Shown piece after piece: positions 1-9,505 of a DNA stretch of 64,000 nucleotides. Within the stretch, counting starts at the first letter, position 1; the number at the start of each line of letters is the position of its first letter. Below the pieces are notes generated by a model. That model was not told where the DNA came from, did no database searches, and saw only the letters and a program-made list of their open reading frames with translations. The DNA is from a virus. The translations under genes were made by a program, and so were the position numbers. The DNA lies in the UHGV virus genome UHGV-0101699. One strand, given 5' to 3'.

Positions 1-95
1 TAGCACTTGGACACATCCAACTAAGTTCCAACTTCAATGCATTCCAAATACACAAACCATCAAAAAGTAAAAGATACTGTGGCGTAGGATACTCT

Positions 96-299
96 ATGAA
101 AGTTGATAATGAAGACAATTTGTGGAACCTTATCATTGAATTAAAAAAACATCTACTTTTACCTGCGGGAACCACAGGAAAGCTATCTAGTATCTATTAT
201 CAATCCGGGCTACCTAGACATAGAAACGAAAATAATACAAATGAAAATATATTAGAATATTTTTCTCTTATAGCTTCTGATACAATAGGTCACAAATAG
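96..299 (+). CDS. hypothetical small protein in AT-rich segment
   Basis: ORF of 67 aa in ~33% GC DNA at window edge; no recognisable motifs. Confidence 0.3.
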   Translation: MKVDNEDNLWNLIIELKKHLLLPAGTTGKLSSIYYQSGLPRHRNENNTNENILEYFSLIASDTIGHK

Positions 300-323
300 A
301 GGCAAATTTAGGATATTGCTCAC

Positions 324-680
324 ATGAAACAGGTTAAAATTTCGCTACTAGTAACACTTTTGTCTGTTTTTTCATCTACGACTGCACTTGCGGCTAAACC
401 TATTACGATAGATCAGCAAAATTATATAAAAGCCACTCTTGAGCCAAATTTACTTGATCCTGATTCAGCAAAATATAAATTTCCTGACTACATCGAAAGC
501 GAATCAACATATTGTTTCCAGCTAAATGCTACCAATCTATATGGCGGTTACACAGGCTATCGATGGGTCCAGATCCCCTACAAGAGCATAGTTTCTAAGG
601 AGAAAAATGTTCCGGTAGATATCAATATCCTTCCCAAGGAAGTCTTCGAAGAAAGCTGTAAAGAAATAGGTTACAAATAA
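324..680 (+). CDS. secreted/periplasmic hypothetical protein (N-terminal signal peptide)
   Basis: 118 aa; N-terminus MKQVKISLLVTLLSVFSSTTALAAKP looks like a Sec signal with AxA site; AT-rich codon usage. Confidence 0.45.
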   Translation: MKQVKISLLVTLLSVFSSTTALAAKPITIDQQNYIKATLEPNLLDPDSAKYKFPDYIESESTYCFQLNATNLYGGYTGYRWVQIPYKSIVSKEKNVPVDINILPKEVFEESCKEIGYK

Positions 681-708
681 TCAACAGGTGATGGGTTAAC
701 CCCTCAAC

Positions 709-1260
709 TTGACGAACAAGGCGTATCTTATGCCCAACAATATTACTGATATAACATACGGCATCCCAGCAGAAGTATGGCCTCGTGACTACTCCAGCAT
801 AGAGTCGGCTTTGATGTTCTGGAGAAAGCGAACAGTACCTATTAGGGTTACTGTAGAAAATGGACAAGTGTTCAACATGTACGTACAGGGAACACTATCA
901 TCACGCAATAAAGTCGATCTTTGCCCTACTCCATTCGATAGAGAGAATCGTGTAAGGCTTCCACTGGAGCGAGTAAGCACCATAGAGACAATCATACCTC
1001 CAGATGTGGACAAAGAGTTCACCGGAAGACTGACTGTAAGCAACGAGGACGTGCAAAACCAACCCTCTCGGCGTGACTTTTTCAAAATTTGTCGTAATGC
1101 ACACAATGAACAAAAGTCTATAAGGGTGTACATGGCTGACGGTCGTGAAATAGAGGGGGTATCGTTAGGCGTTGACGCTTGTCAGGTAACTATGAGGGTC
1201 GGGAAACAAACCAGAATGATTATTCTCTTCGATTGGGTCGAGCGCATTTTACCGTTTTAA
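709..1260 (+). CDS. hypothetical protein
   Basis: 183-aa ORF, coding-like composition, followed by hairpin terminator. Confidence 0.45.
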   Translation: MTNKAYLMPNNITDITYGIPAEVWPRDYSSIESALMFWRKRTVPIRVTVENGQVFNMYVQGTLSSRNKVDLCPTPFDRENRVRLPLERVSTIETIIPPDVDKEFTGRLTVSNEDVQNQPSRRDFFKICRNAHNEQKSIRVYMADGREIEGVSLGVDACQVTMRVGKQTRMIILFDWVERILPF

Positions 1261-1271
1261 ATCTATAAGGG

Positions 1272-1303
1272 TAATAACCGGCTATGTCCGGTTATTATTT
1301 TAT
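1272..1303 (+). terminator. rho-independent terminator-like hairpin
   Basis: taataaccgg-ctatgt-ccggttatta stem-loop followed by ttttat. Confidence 0.5.
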
Positions 1304-1476
1304 GGGTCACTTCCCGATAAATTAAATCACTAAAAGCATTGTCAGCGCTAAATATATAAGGGTAATTCGTCGAACAGGGAATTTATTTAGGCAACACCTT
1401 CGAGAAAATGCGATTTATTTCTAAGACTTTGATTTATTTATGAAATAAATTTTTTATCACCTCTTGCGAAAAATGC

Positions 1477-1505
1477 TTGATTTTATTTTTTGTATGTCGA
1501 TAATT
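1477..1505 (+). promoter_or_regulatory. sigma70-like promoter (TTGATT-17-ATAATT / GATAAT)
   Basis: Near-consensus -35 and -10 hexamers with 16-17 bp spacer, ~70 bp upstream of ORF at 1577. Confidence 0.5.
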
Positions 1506-1576
1506 AGTCACATCGAAAGCGAACACGCCAACGATAGAACGAAATAATTTTCTAATTTAAAGTAAGGATTAAAATA

Positions 1577-2227
1577 ATGTCTAACGTAACCATTTCTAAA
1601 AAATCCATCATTGATGCTGCTGTAGTTATCACTGACGAATTACAATTAAAAGCAGATCAAGCTACTCAGACTTACAACGAACATTATCAGAATGGCACGC
1701 ACACCAAAGCAGATAAAGCTAACATGCTTGCAGCGTCTACTAAACTTGCATACTTCGTGAATAACGTTGTAAACGCAGTAAACGACGATAAGCTGTCTGG
1801 TGTTTTCTACTACGCGATTAAAGCAAGCAAGCAAACGCCAGAAGTGTTTTTCCGCGAAGCGATGACAAATAGCTACTCTCTCGAAAAGCTGGTTTATCTG
1901 GTTAAGTCTATCAAGTCTGGTAAATGTGTGTATTCAGTCGCTGATATGTCCGGATCTCGTGTATTCGCTTTAATCGATATGATTAACGATGAGATCGACA
2001 CGTTCACAAATGGCGCTGTTTTCGATTTGATGAATGAAGCGAAAAAAGCGTGCGAAATTAAGTTAGACGCAGGCTATACGCAAGCCAACCAGCTGATCAA
2101 TCTTTGCGAGCGTCTCGGACTGGTCGAGAAAATCAAAGGAATGGGCGCAGCGAAAAACGGATCGCAACAATATCGCTTTATTAAAAATGATTTTTATAAC
2201 TATCTGGCTGATGCTTTCAAAGCGTAA
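1577..2227 (+). CDS. hypothetical protein (216 aa)
   Basis: Clean ORF with upstream AGGA RBS and strong promoter; no recognisable domain. Confidence 0.6.
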   Translation: MSNVTISKKSIIDAAVVITDELQLKADQATQTYNEHYQNGTHTKADKANMLAASTKLAYFVNNVVNAVNDDKLSGVFYYAIKASKQTPEVFFREAMTNSYSLEKLVYLVKSIKSGKCVYSVADMSGSRVFALIDMINDEIDTFTNGAVFDLMNEAKKACEIKLDAGYTQANQLINLCERLGLVEKIKGMGAAKNGSQQYRFIKNDFYNYLADAFKA

Positions 2228-2237
2228 TTAGATGGAT

Positions 2238-2262
2238 ATAGCGCCCAATATGGGCGCTATAA
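2238..2262. promoter_or_regulatory. 25-bp perfect palindrome TATAGCGCCCA-ATA-TGGGCGCTATA
   Basis: 11-bp perfect arms between two plus-strand genes; member of a family of GCGCC(C)A-N3-TGG(G)CGC palindromes at 2238-2640. Confidence 0.4.
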
Positions 2263-2274
2263 AGGAGCTTAATC

Positions 2275-2505
2275 ATGGTAATTTTCATCTCTGGCGTTAA
2301 CATCAATAATGAATATTATATTAATCGCATCGCTGGGATCGCTGGGATCGCTGGGCGCGCAGTCGAGCTTATAGATGAAACGACGCGTAAAATTGACTTA
2401 CTGAGCGACCAGGAGCGAAAAAAAGCAGACGTGAACGACGCTGATATATTTTTAATGTTAAAAGCGTTTGCAGAAATGGGATTTAAAATCAGTTTACACA
2501 AATAA
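2275..2505 (+). CDS. hypothetical small protein (contains IAGIAGIAG triplet repeat)
   Basis: 76-aa ORF; cgctgggat x3 tandem repeat inside; followed by terminator. Confidence 0.45.
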   Translation: MVIFISGVNINNEYYINRIAGIAGIAGRAVELIDETTRKIDLLSDQERKKADVNDADIFLMLKAFAEMGFKISLHK

Positions 2506-2510
2506 AATCG

Positions 2511-2536
2511 AGCGCCCACTATGGGCGCTTTTTTCG
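2511..2536 (+). terminator. rho-independent terminator
   Basis: agcgccca-cta-tgggcgct stem followed by TTTTTT. Confidence 0.6.
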
Positions 2537-2553
2537 TTTCCAATACTCCCACC

Positions 2554-2579
2554 ATAACGCGCCAACAATGGCGCGTTAT
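2554..2579. repeat. palindrome ATAACGCGCCA-ACA-ATGGCGCGTTAT
   Basis: 11-bp perfect inverted repeat, same family as 2238 and 2511. Confidence 0.4.
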
Positions 2580-2994
2580 CTTTTATCTGGCGTTCACTCA
2601 TTCACACCAAAAATAAGCGCCATAAATGCGCCAATTTAACGCGTTTTTACGTGTGGTAGTACATACCCATTACACACAGTAAAAAACACGTTATAGCGCG
2701 TTTAAAAGCGTTTTAGCGCGTGGCTTATTTTGTCGTGTCGTGGGCGTGATCGTCTGGCGTTATCTGGTGACGTGATCCGCGCTATCCTTCGGGGCGTGTT
2801 GGCAATGTTGGCGCTATCCGTGGGCGCTCGCGTATCATTGGCGCGACGTGATCCGCGCTTGCAGTGGTTTACCCACGGATTCACATAATCACATAGCGAA
2901 AGCTATCTGGATGGCTCAGGGGCTGAAACTCCACCAGCGTTACCCCAGCGCCGCTACGCAATTTCTGGCGCGATTCTGGGCTTCTCCCGCTCTG

Positions 2995-3142
2995 TTTTCT
3001 ACATAAAGGCAAACCCAGCCGTTTCCCGAAAATTTCCTGACCGTTTCCCTTCGGTTCCCCTGACAGCCCTCTGGCCGTTTATGAATTTCCCTGCGGGAGC
3101 TGGTGGACGGAAAGAAAGGGGCGTTTCCAGCCCCCTCCCCTC
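2995..3142. repeat. non-coding repeat element copy 1 (shares 21-mer ACCCAGCCGTTTCCCGAAAAT with 6401)
   Basis: Shared 20-21-mer, shared TTCCCCTGCGGG segment and CCCCTCCCCTCTTA end with copy at 6376-6580. Confidence 0.5.
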
Positions 3143-3625
3143 TTACTTGCCAGCCAGTATGTGAATCCGATTGCTGGCGTATACATTCAGCATAAAGTTA
3201 GCGCAAAACAGTTTCCATGAGTCAACGCCAGCGGCATACGTGATGTTTTTGCATTTAATTGCATTGTTGGCGATCCGCATACCCTGCGCTATTGCTTCAT
3301 CATCGCTAAAATCGAAGGACGATTGAGTCTTAATCCAGATAGCGATCTGCGAGGCAAACTCAGTCAGCTTGGACTGGCAGAATCGCCCGGAGCGCACCGG
3401 GAAGACAAATGTTCCAAACCCAGAATTTACCACATACGCTTTCTCAAATACCCGCGTGAATCGACGGTTGCAAATGATGTCTTTGGCGATCTGCTGCTTC
3501 TCTTTCCCGGACAGCTGGATGGTCTCTTCTTCGCGCCAGGCGCCCAGGATGTTCTTTTCAATGTCGGAGTATGTAACAGAGATGGTGCCATGCGCGGGAG
3601 TGTTTACAGTGGCGATATAGTTCAT
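3143..3625 (-). CDS. hypothetical protein (160 aa)
   Basis: ORF preceded by conserved early promoter/leader motif at 3641-3676. Confidence 0.6.
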   Translation of the reverse strand: MNYIATVNTPAHGTISVTYSDIEKNILGAWREEETIQLSGKEKQQIAKDIICNRRFTRVFEKAYVVNSGFGTFVFPVRSGRFCQSKLTEFASQIAIWIKTQSSFDFSDDEAIAQGMRIANNAIKCKNITYAAGVDSWKLFCANFMLNVYASNRIHILAGK

Positions 3626-3640
3626 TGTGATAATCCTTTA

Positions 3641-3700
3641 AACAATTTGTTTTCTAGTTGGTTTAATTATCGCAGTGGGTGTGAGGTGTCCAAGCGTTCT
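3641..3700 (-). promoter_or_regulatory. early-class promoter: TTGGAC-16-GATAAT followed by AACAAATTGTTTA leader palindrome
   Basis: Motif family repeated at least 14 times upstream of minus-strand genes. Confidence 0.5.
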
Positions 3701-3830
3701 GTTTCGGCAGCTGGTGGCCGTCGGGAAGTCGGTGGGTGCTTCGGTAGCCTGGCGGTAAGAGGTGGGTGTTTTTAGCCTGCGGGAAAGCAGGTGGTAATTG
3801 AGGGCCACCAGCATCGGTGGCCCTCCCCTC

Positions 3831-4130
3831 TCAATGAAGTAATCCGATGTCGATGGTGTCGCCTGAATCTGTCACGCGGATCATCAGCATAGCGAAGGCA
3901 TTCAGTGGATAACCGGCGTGCCATTCCGGGAAGCGGTCATCGCGCATGAAATCGGCAATGTCATAAACGCTATCCTGATAATGGAAGAAGCGGGAGCTGG
4001 TTTGTTCGTCCGGTTCGACGTGATCCATTTCTTTCTGCTCGGCCGGCGACAGGTCAAGCCAGGATTCCAGCCATACGTTTTCTGCTTTCGGGGAGATGGT
4101 GAAATCAGTCATATTTACCACCAGGCGCAA
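3831..4130 (-). CDS. hypothetical protein (99 aa)
   Basis: ORF; stop followed by GAGGGCCACC-GATGCTG-GGTGGCCCTC hairpin. Confidence 0.55.
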   Translation of the reverse strand: MRLVVNMTDFTISPKAENVWLESWLDLSPAEQKEMDHVEPDEQTSSRFFHYQDSVYDIADFMRDDRFPEWHAGYPLNAFAMLMIRVTDSGDTIDIGLLH

Positions 4131-4495
4131 AATGTCAGTCTGTTATTGTAGAAGTCGTGATTTTTAATCAGCTCATCCACAAGCTCTTTCAGCTCTTCCA
4201 CGTCATTCCAGTACCCTTCATCGTACTCCTGACTACCGAAGAAAAACCCTTCCTGGGTAGGCAGATACTCTTCACAATTGCTTTCGTTTAGACGAATCAA
4301 ATCAGCCTTGAGAGCACAAATATCATTCATCGTAACTTCTAAAAGTTCACAATTTACAACTTCACCTACGTTACGGTTCATCCACCCAACGAGAGCATTG
4401 AACTTACGGAAGTAGCCAACTTGCTTTCTGGATGCCTCGTTATTCAGATCGTTTTTTGGCTGCGTCTCAATATAGATATCAAGTCCCATGAACAT
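4115..4495 (-). CDS. hypothetical protein (126 aa)
   Basis: ORF preceded by early motif at 4521-4580. Confidence 0.55.
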   Translation of the reverse strand: MFMGLDIYIETQPKNDLNNEASRKQVGYFRKFNALVGWMNRNVGEVVNCELLEVTMNDICALKADLIRLNESNCEEYLPTQEGFFFGSQEYDEGYWNDVEELKELVDELIKNHDFYNNRLTFCAWW

Positions 4496-4617
4496 TTCCT
4501 CAACTTCGTTAATAACTTGTTTTCTTGTTGGTGTTATTATCGCAACTCAGAAAAGGTATAAAACAACTTGTTTACGGGTTGGGGAAAAATGGCGCGGGTT
4601 ACGCGCCATTGGCTGGT

Positions 4618-5025
4618 TTACTGGACGTTGTAGACGGACTCAGGCAGATACTCTTCCAGAGAGCCGCCAGACACAATGGTTATGCCGTATGAACCAACCC
4701 AGGTATTGTTGGCGCCAAGGTTGCCCTCGATCATATCCTGAACCTGTGCCATCAGGTTTTCGAAAATGGTCTTCGGGTCTGTTCGATAATAGGCTTCAAT
4801 GGCGGCCAGCAGAGTGTCCGAACCATTTTTCACTGACTGCTCGCCGACGGCATAAACCTTCGAGCGATCACGCTTAAGAGTTGTGCGGGCCAGCTGGGTG
4901 GTCACATGCGGAACAGCCGATGCATCACGGAACTGAACGGTCAGCTGGGCCAGTTTATTGCCTTCTTCGTCAGTGCTGGATGCGTAGTAAAGGTCAAATA
5001 CTAAATCTTCTTTGGTCAAACTCAT
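4618..5025 (-). CDS. hypothetical protein (start MSLTKEDLV)
   Basis: GGAGG RBS 8 nt upstream of ATG at 5025; the longer ORF-track start lacks an RBS. Confidence 0.55.
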   Translation of the reverse strand: MSLTKEDLVFDLYYASSTDEEGNKLAQLTVQFRDASAVPHVTTQLARTTLKRDRSKVYAVGEQSVKNGSDTLLAAIEAYYRTDPKTIFENLMAQVQDMIEGNLGANNTWVGSYGITIVSGGSLEEYLPESVYNVQ

Positions 5026-5144
5026 TTTTACCTCCATGTAAATGCGTCGTAATACTATCGCCGTAGGTAAGTACTTACAATACAAAAAAGCCCCGAAGGA
5101 TCGACGGGGCTGTCGTAAATTCGACTAATCTGTGTTGCACATGA

Positions 5145-5456
5145 CTATGCTATGGCGAGGGTTGTTGCGCGTTGAATTTCCTGCTGGGCGACCTTGTTAA
5201 CTTCCAGTAAAGCCAACTCCAGATCTGACTCAGGCCAGATAACTTGTTTAGCTACCCATCCTTTCCCACTATGGCGCCGGACGTTCATTACAATGCGCTT
5301 GCGAGAAGTTTCGCCGAAGACGACAACGGTCTCTTTGAAAAGTCGGATGGCTGTGCCGTTGGCCACTATGTCCAGTAAAGTGATCGAACCGAGTACTGCA
5401 GGTTTGTCTTTGCGAGGCTGGAGCTTATCCAGTTTCAAAATCATCTCGGTATTCAT
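5145..5456 (-). CDS. hypothetical protein (start MNTEMILK)
   Basis: ORF with early motif immediately upstream (5466-5500). Confidence 0.5.
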   Translation of the reverse strand: MNTEMILKLDKLQPRKDKPAVLGSITLLDIVANGTAIRLFKETVVVFGETSRKRIVMNVRRHSGKGWVAKQVIWPESDLELALLEVNKVAQQEIQRATTLAIA

Positions 5457-5592
5457 TACACACTCCGTAAACAATTTGTTTTCTTGTTTGTGTAAATAAT
5501 ACCAGTGTGAAAACGGCCACCAAGCGAAGCGTTCCGGCATTCAGCTGGCCGCAGGCCACATTCATTAAAAAGCCACCTGCTGGTGGCCGTGG

Positions 5593-5805
5593 TTAATCTT
5601 CGTCAGGGAACTCCTCTTTCACTGCGGCCACCAGCTCCCGCTTCTCTTCATCAGTCAACAGGTGCCACACGTCCTTCCCTTTTGGTGACTCTCCCTTAGC
5701 TGGTACAAACGACCATAATTTACGGGTCAGTGCTGGCCCTACGCCATCAAGACACTCAGCCAGCGAGTCCACGCTCCATACTTCCACAATCACAGGCATA
5801 TCCAT
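5593..5805 (-). CDS. hypothetical small protein
   Basis: 70-aa ORF in minus-strand early gene array. Confidence 0.5.
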   Translation of the reverse strand: MDMPVIVEVWSVDSLAECLDGVGPALTRKLWSFVPAKGESPKGKDVWHLLTDEEKRELVAAVKEEFPDED

Positions 5806-5817
5806 TGTCTCTCTCCT

Positions 5818-6036
5818 TTATCTGGACTCTGACGTTGTGCAGTTCCACGCGACGGACATTGCGTTGTCCTCGATATGAAAATCAAACGTGCCCTCGCGAT
5901 ACCCTTCGCCAATCAGCGTACCAATGCGCCCAGCGACATCCGCAGAGCGGATAACGTCATCCAGAGAGATCTGGAGTTCGTCAGTACATGTCTCTTCTCC
6001 GCAAAGGGTGATGCTGATGTTCAAATGCTTGTACAT
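5818..6036 (-). CDS. hypothetical small protein
   Basis: 72-aa ORF; early motif at 6057-6125 upstream. Confidence 0.5.
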   Translation of the reverse strand: MYKHLNISITLCGEETCTDELQISLDDVIRSADVAGRIGTLIGEGYREGTFDFHIEDNAMSVAWNCTTSESR

Positions 6037-6375
6037 GTTTTTCTCCTCTGTCTAAACACGTTGTTTTCTTGTTGGTGTTATTATCGCAATAAGACATAGG
6101 CGAAAAAGCATTTTGTATCGGGGAGAACTGGAAAAGCAGTGAGTATCCGGGAGTGTATCGGGAGCGCTTTTTACATTATTCTTCTCAACGCGCACCGCAG
6201 GGCTGGTGGGCAGTATTTTCCTCTTCCCGAAAACCTGCTGAAACAGCTTGTGACCCTCGAACGCTCTGGCAGAATACGAATCAGCAGCTGCGCGCAGCGG
6301 GAAGAAAGCCACCTGCGCACCAAGGGGTGTACCGCCAGAGAATCAGCCGTCCCCGCGGCATTTTGTCTCTATACC

Positions 6376-6580
6376 GGCACGCACCCTTTCCATGACGGGA
6401 ACCCAGCCGTTTCCCGAAAAATCTCCAGCCGTTTCTACTCAGGCAGCCAGCCTTTCCCCTGCGGGGACGCTCCCGATAGATTTTCGCGGTGGCCCTTTCA
6501 CTCGTTCGACCGCAGGGATGTTACGGCCGATAAAATCAGGACTTGAATAAATACGGGAAAGGGAGCGATCCCCCTCCATC
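6376..6580. repeat. non-coding repeat element copy 2
   Basis: See copy 1 at 2995-3142. Confidence 0.5.
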
Positions 6581-7586
6581 CCCTCTCTCTTATATCTGTG
6601 CTCTTTCCTGACTCGAATAACCTCTCTTATGGGGGACTCGTATCTCTCTTATTAGCGCTCTATACGGTGACCATTCGTATGGGAGAAAAGGCAACTTTCT
6701 TCTCTCTGCCGGTAAGTGGTTTTGCAGATGTTGTAGAGGTGGTGGTCTTGTGGTTTTACTCTGGTCTGTATTCTTCGTTTTGGGGATAGTTCTTCTCTGT
6801 GTATGGAGTGATGGCGTGCGCGCTTTTCCTTTCGTTCATCTTGAGAGGTGGAAGTGTGGGTGATGTGGTTTCTGGTCTGTTGTCGTTCTCCGCATGTGAA
6901 GTAATGGCGTTCCCTACTTATCAGGAATTTGCGTTATCTTTCGAGGTAAGAGTGGGTAAACGAGATGGCGCCGGGTACTGTTCTGGCCTGGTCTTGTCTG
7001 GAGTTTCTTCCCGGGTATTCTCTTCCGTGTATTGGGGAATGGCGTTCAGAGAAACTGGCTTTCTCTCGCCGCTTTTTGGTGGTGGTCGAGATTTGCTTCA
7101 TGGGGTCGATAGCCTGGGGCAATGAGGTTGGTCTTTTCGGTAGCCTGGCAGGAAGAGGTGGGTATTGCCTGGGTGTGGGGAAATGGCCGTTCCTTTTCTT
7201 CGTTATCTTGTTTTGTTGTTTTCTTCTTGCCTAAAACAATTTGTTTATATACTCATTAAACGCAACCAGAGCGATTCTGAGCGTGTCTGTTTTGTGGTGG
7301 TATCAGGAGTCGTTTTTGGCGTTTTCGTCGCAGGGTGTTGGTCTCTGGTACGCTGCTTAACGGATATAAGAAGTGACATGGCAAAACGTCAACTTTTGAG
7401 ACCAAATCAGGGTAAAGCGTTGACTTTTCATTGATGTGTTATTTATTTGTTTTCTTGTGGGTGTTATGTGCGTAAAAGCCTTGCCACGCCTGGAGTGTAT
7501 GAGGTTGGAGGGTAGGGGAGAGGGGCGATCAACGAGTTCTTATAGAAATCCTCAATTAGTGACCGCCAATGTCAACGCGTTGCAGG

Positions 7587-7781
7587 CTATGGTTGCGCGT
7601 TAACTATCCGCCAGGCTATCGCATAGACCTGCTCTCTAACTTCCGTATCCATCCACCCCCACTCATTGGCCAGTGCCTTTAACTCAGCAGGTATGTTGTC
7701 AAATACGGTGGCTATGAGGAGATGATCAGGTAGCTTACCCAGCTCCACCAGCACATCATTAATCACGTCTTCTGTCGTCAT
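7587..7781 (-). CDS. hypothetical small protein (start MTTEDVINDV)
   Basis: ORF; ATG at 7781 preceded by purine-rich stretch. Confidence 0.45.
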   Translation of the reverse strand: MTTEDVINDVLVELGKLPDHLLIATVFDNIPAELKALANEWGWMDTEVREQVYAIAWRIVNAQP

Positions 7782-7794
7782 CTTTTTCTCTCTC

Positions 7795-8112
7795 TTACCA
7801 GTCCCATGCTGGCATTCCATCCACCAGCTCGGCATCACGATCAAAGTGAACCACGTCGTAACCGGCATCCAGTATCATCTTGATATTGGCGATCGCCGCT
7901 TCGGAGATGTTGAATGTACGCAGTTCATCTGCCCAGCTATTGTCACGCATTCCGGCACGAACAATCCAACCATATTCTGTGCCGTGTACCCAGTTAAGAC
8001 CGCGATCGGTGATTGGGTCAAAACAGGCAATTGGCAACCGTTCGGAGTCTTCCGCAGTAACGTGCGCAGTGCTGATAACAGCTGTCTTGTAGGCTTCAGT
8101 GATTTTCAACAT
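7795..8112 (-). CDS. hypothetical protein (105 aa)
   Basis: ORF preceded by early motif at 8123-8190. Confidence 0.55.
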   Translation of the reverse strand: MLKITEAYKTAVISTAHVTAEDSERLPIACFDPITDRGLNWVHGTEYGWIVRAGMRDNSWADELRTFNISEAAIANIKMILDAGYDVVHFDRDAELVDGMPAWDW

Positions 8113-8233
8113 TACTCAACTCTTTTAACTAATTGTTTCCTTGTGTTAGTTATTATCAGCGATAAGAAAAGGTAGAAAACATTTTGTTTGAGGCAGTGCG
8201 GCTGTCTCGATACTGTCATGCGATAAGCAGTGG

Positions 8234-8506
8234 TTACGTTAAATTGAAGTCATCGAAATCGACGAACTCCATGTGTCTGGCTTCCACCTTTGCAAGAGTG
8301 AGCAGAAACAACATCCCCTCTCTAAGAGAGGTTGGTTGTTCGAGCAGGAACTCAAAACCGTCCACATGTGTCTTGCCCAACCAATAGCCGCCACCATACT
8401 GTCTCTCTCGCTGGAAAAAGACGCACTGGCCAGGTTTGAAATGTTTAAGTGTCTCGCCTCTGTAGACGATCTGATAACTGGTGTCTTTTCCGCCCATTTT
8501 AACCAC
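8234..8506 (-). CDS. hypothetical protein (90 aa)
   Basis: ORF in early array. Confidence 0.5.
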   Translation of the reverse strand: MVKMGGKDTSYQIVYRGETLKHFKPGQCVFFQRERQYGGGYWLGKTHVDGFEFLLEQPTSLREGMLFLLTLAKVEARHMEFVDFDDFNLT

Positions 8507-8628
8507 CTCAGAACACTGTATATTTAAACAGTAGTTCTTTGATGAAATGCGGTCAAGTTTGACAGTGGGGGTAATAACTTGTTGGTGAAAACAAATTATT
8601 TAAGGCCATAATAATGGCCTTATCACTG

Positions 8629-8886
8629 TTAATCTTTCAAGAAAACAGCTGCCGATGGATACTCATAAAGTACTCGTGTGAGCTCCCCTCTGGATTTTGC
8701 ATTCTCGAAGGCTTTCTCAGAGCATTGCACCCAAGTATTGCCGCCAACATTGACTTCGATGATCTCATCAGGCTCGTTGTCCATTGCGGCCAACAATACA
8801 ATAGCCATTCGATGAGCAATGTGATGCTTTCCGTATGTGGCAATCACTTCGTTAAGCTCATCTCTGGTTATGCTTGATTTGGTCAT
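8629..8886 (-). CDS. hypothetical protein (85 aa)
   Basis: ORF; 4-nt overlap with upstream gene suggests translational coupling. Confidence 0.5.
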   Translation of the reverse strand: MTKSSITRDELNEVIATYGKHHIAHRMAIVLLAAMDNEPDEIIEVNVGGNTWVQCSEKAFENAKSRGELTRVLYEYPSAAVFLKD

Positions 8887-9179
8887 GGTTGGCTCCAGCT
8901 ATCTTCAATTGCTACACCCAAGCGATGCAGCCAGTCGGCAAGTTTTAACATCGATTCACGATCACTAAGGCCTTCCGGGAAGTCTTTCATTTCGATAGTT
9001 GGCATAAAGCGCCCGAAACTATCGCGCTCCACGGTAAGAAATTGCTCCAGTATAGTCTTCTGAGCGTTGCTGCTATGTCGCACCAGATAAACGAATTTGG
9101 AGTCTTTGGCTTTAGGGTCGTAGCGATACTCAGTCAGTATCATCTGGCTTCTGCTGCGATCGGTTCCTCTCCACATCAC
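8883..9179 (-). CDS. hypothetical protein (98 aa)
   Basis: ORF, coupled overlaps on both sides. Confidence 0.5.
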   Translation of the reverse strand: MMWRGTDRSRSQMILTEYRYDPKAKDSKFVYLVRHSSNAQKTILEQFLTVERDSFGRFMPTIEMKDFPEGLSDRESMLKLADWLHRLGVAIEDSWSQP

Positions 9180-9505
9180 TCAGCCTTCACCTTGATGCCA
9201 GCGGCGGCAGCTGTACGCGCATAAACGAGCACTCCGTCCTCGGGGCGCTTGCGCTGCAAAAAGATACCAGGGCGCGGCCACAGAGCAATAAAGCGGCATT
9301 CGCTGTTTTCAAGACGATGAAATGCTTTCTCGCTCATTACACCTACCGGGCGAAGTTGCTCTTGTTCGCGCTCCAGCTCGGCGATGCGCTTCTCGGCGGC
9401 TTCCAACGCTGTGATTGCATCATTAGAAATGCTCGTCATTTGCATACCATTATCATGAGACGCATCTTCGAAACGATCCCACAGTCGTGATGAATTACTC
9501 ACCAT
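9176..9505 (-). CDS. hypothetical protein (109 aa)
   Basis: ORF in coupled chain 8629-10911. Confidence 0.5.
   Translation of the reverse strand: MVSNSSRLWDRFEDASHDNGMQMTSISNDAITALEAAEKRIAELEREQEQLRPVGVMSEKAFHRLENSECRFIALWPRPGIFLQRKRPEDGVLVYARTAAAAGIKVKAE

Noticed and set aside
3099-6209. Cluster of Chi octamers (GCTGGTGG at 3099, 3710, 5579, 6202; CCACCAGC at 3805, 5628)
   Set aside because: The window-wide count is about 7 plus and 6 minus, roughly one per 5 kb. That is close to the E. coli genomic density and shows no strand bias, so there is no evidence of selection.
6139-7434. Plus-strand ORFs 6139-6546, 6799-7125, 6965-7234 and 7165-7434
   Set aside because: Translations are low-complexity (G/V/S/F/L-rich) from GT-skewed DNA. 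They run against the direction of the flanking early promoters, and there are no RBSs. They are treated as spurious.
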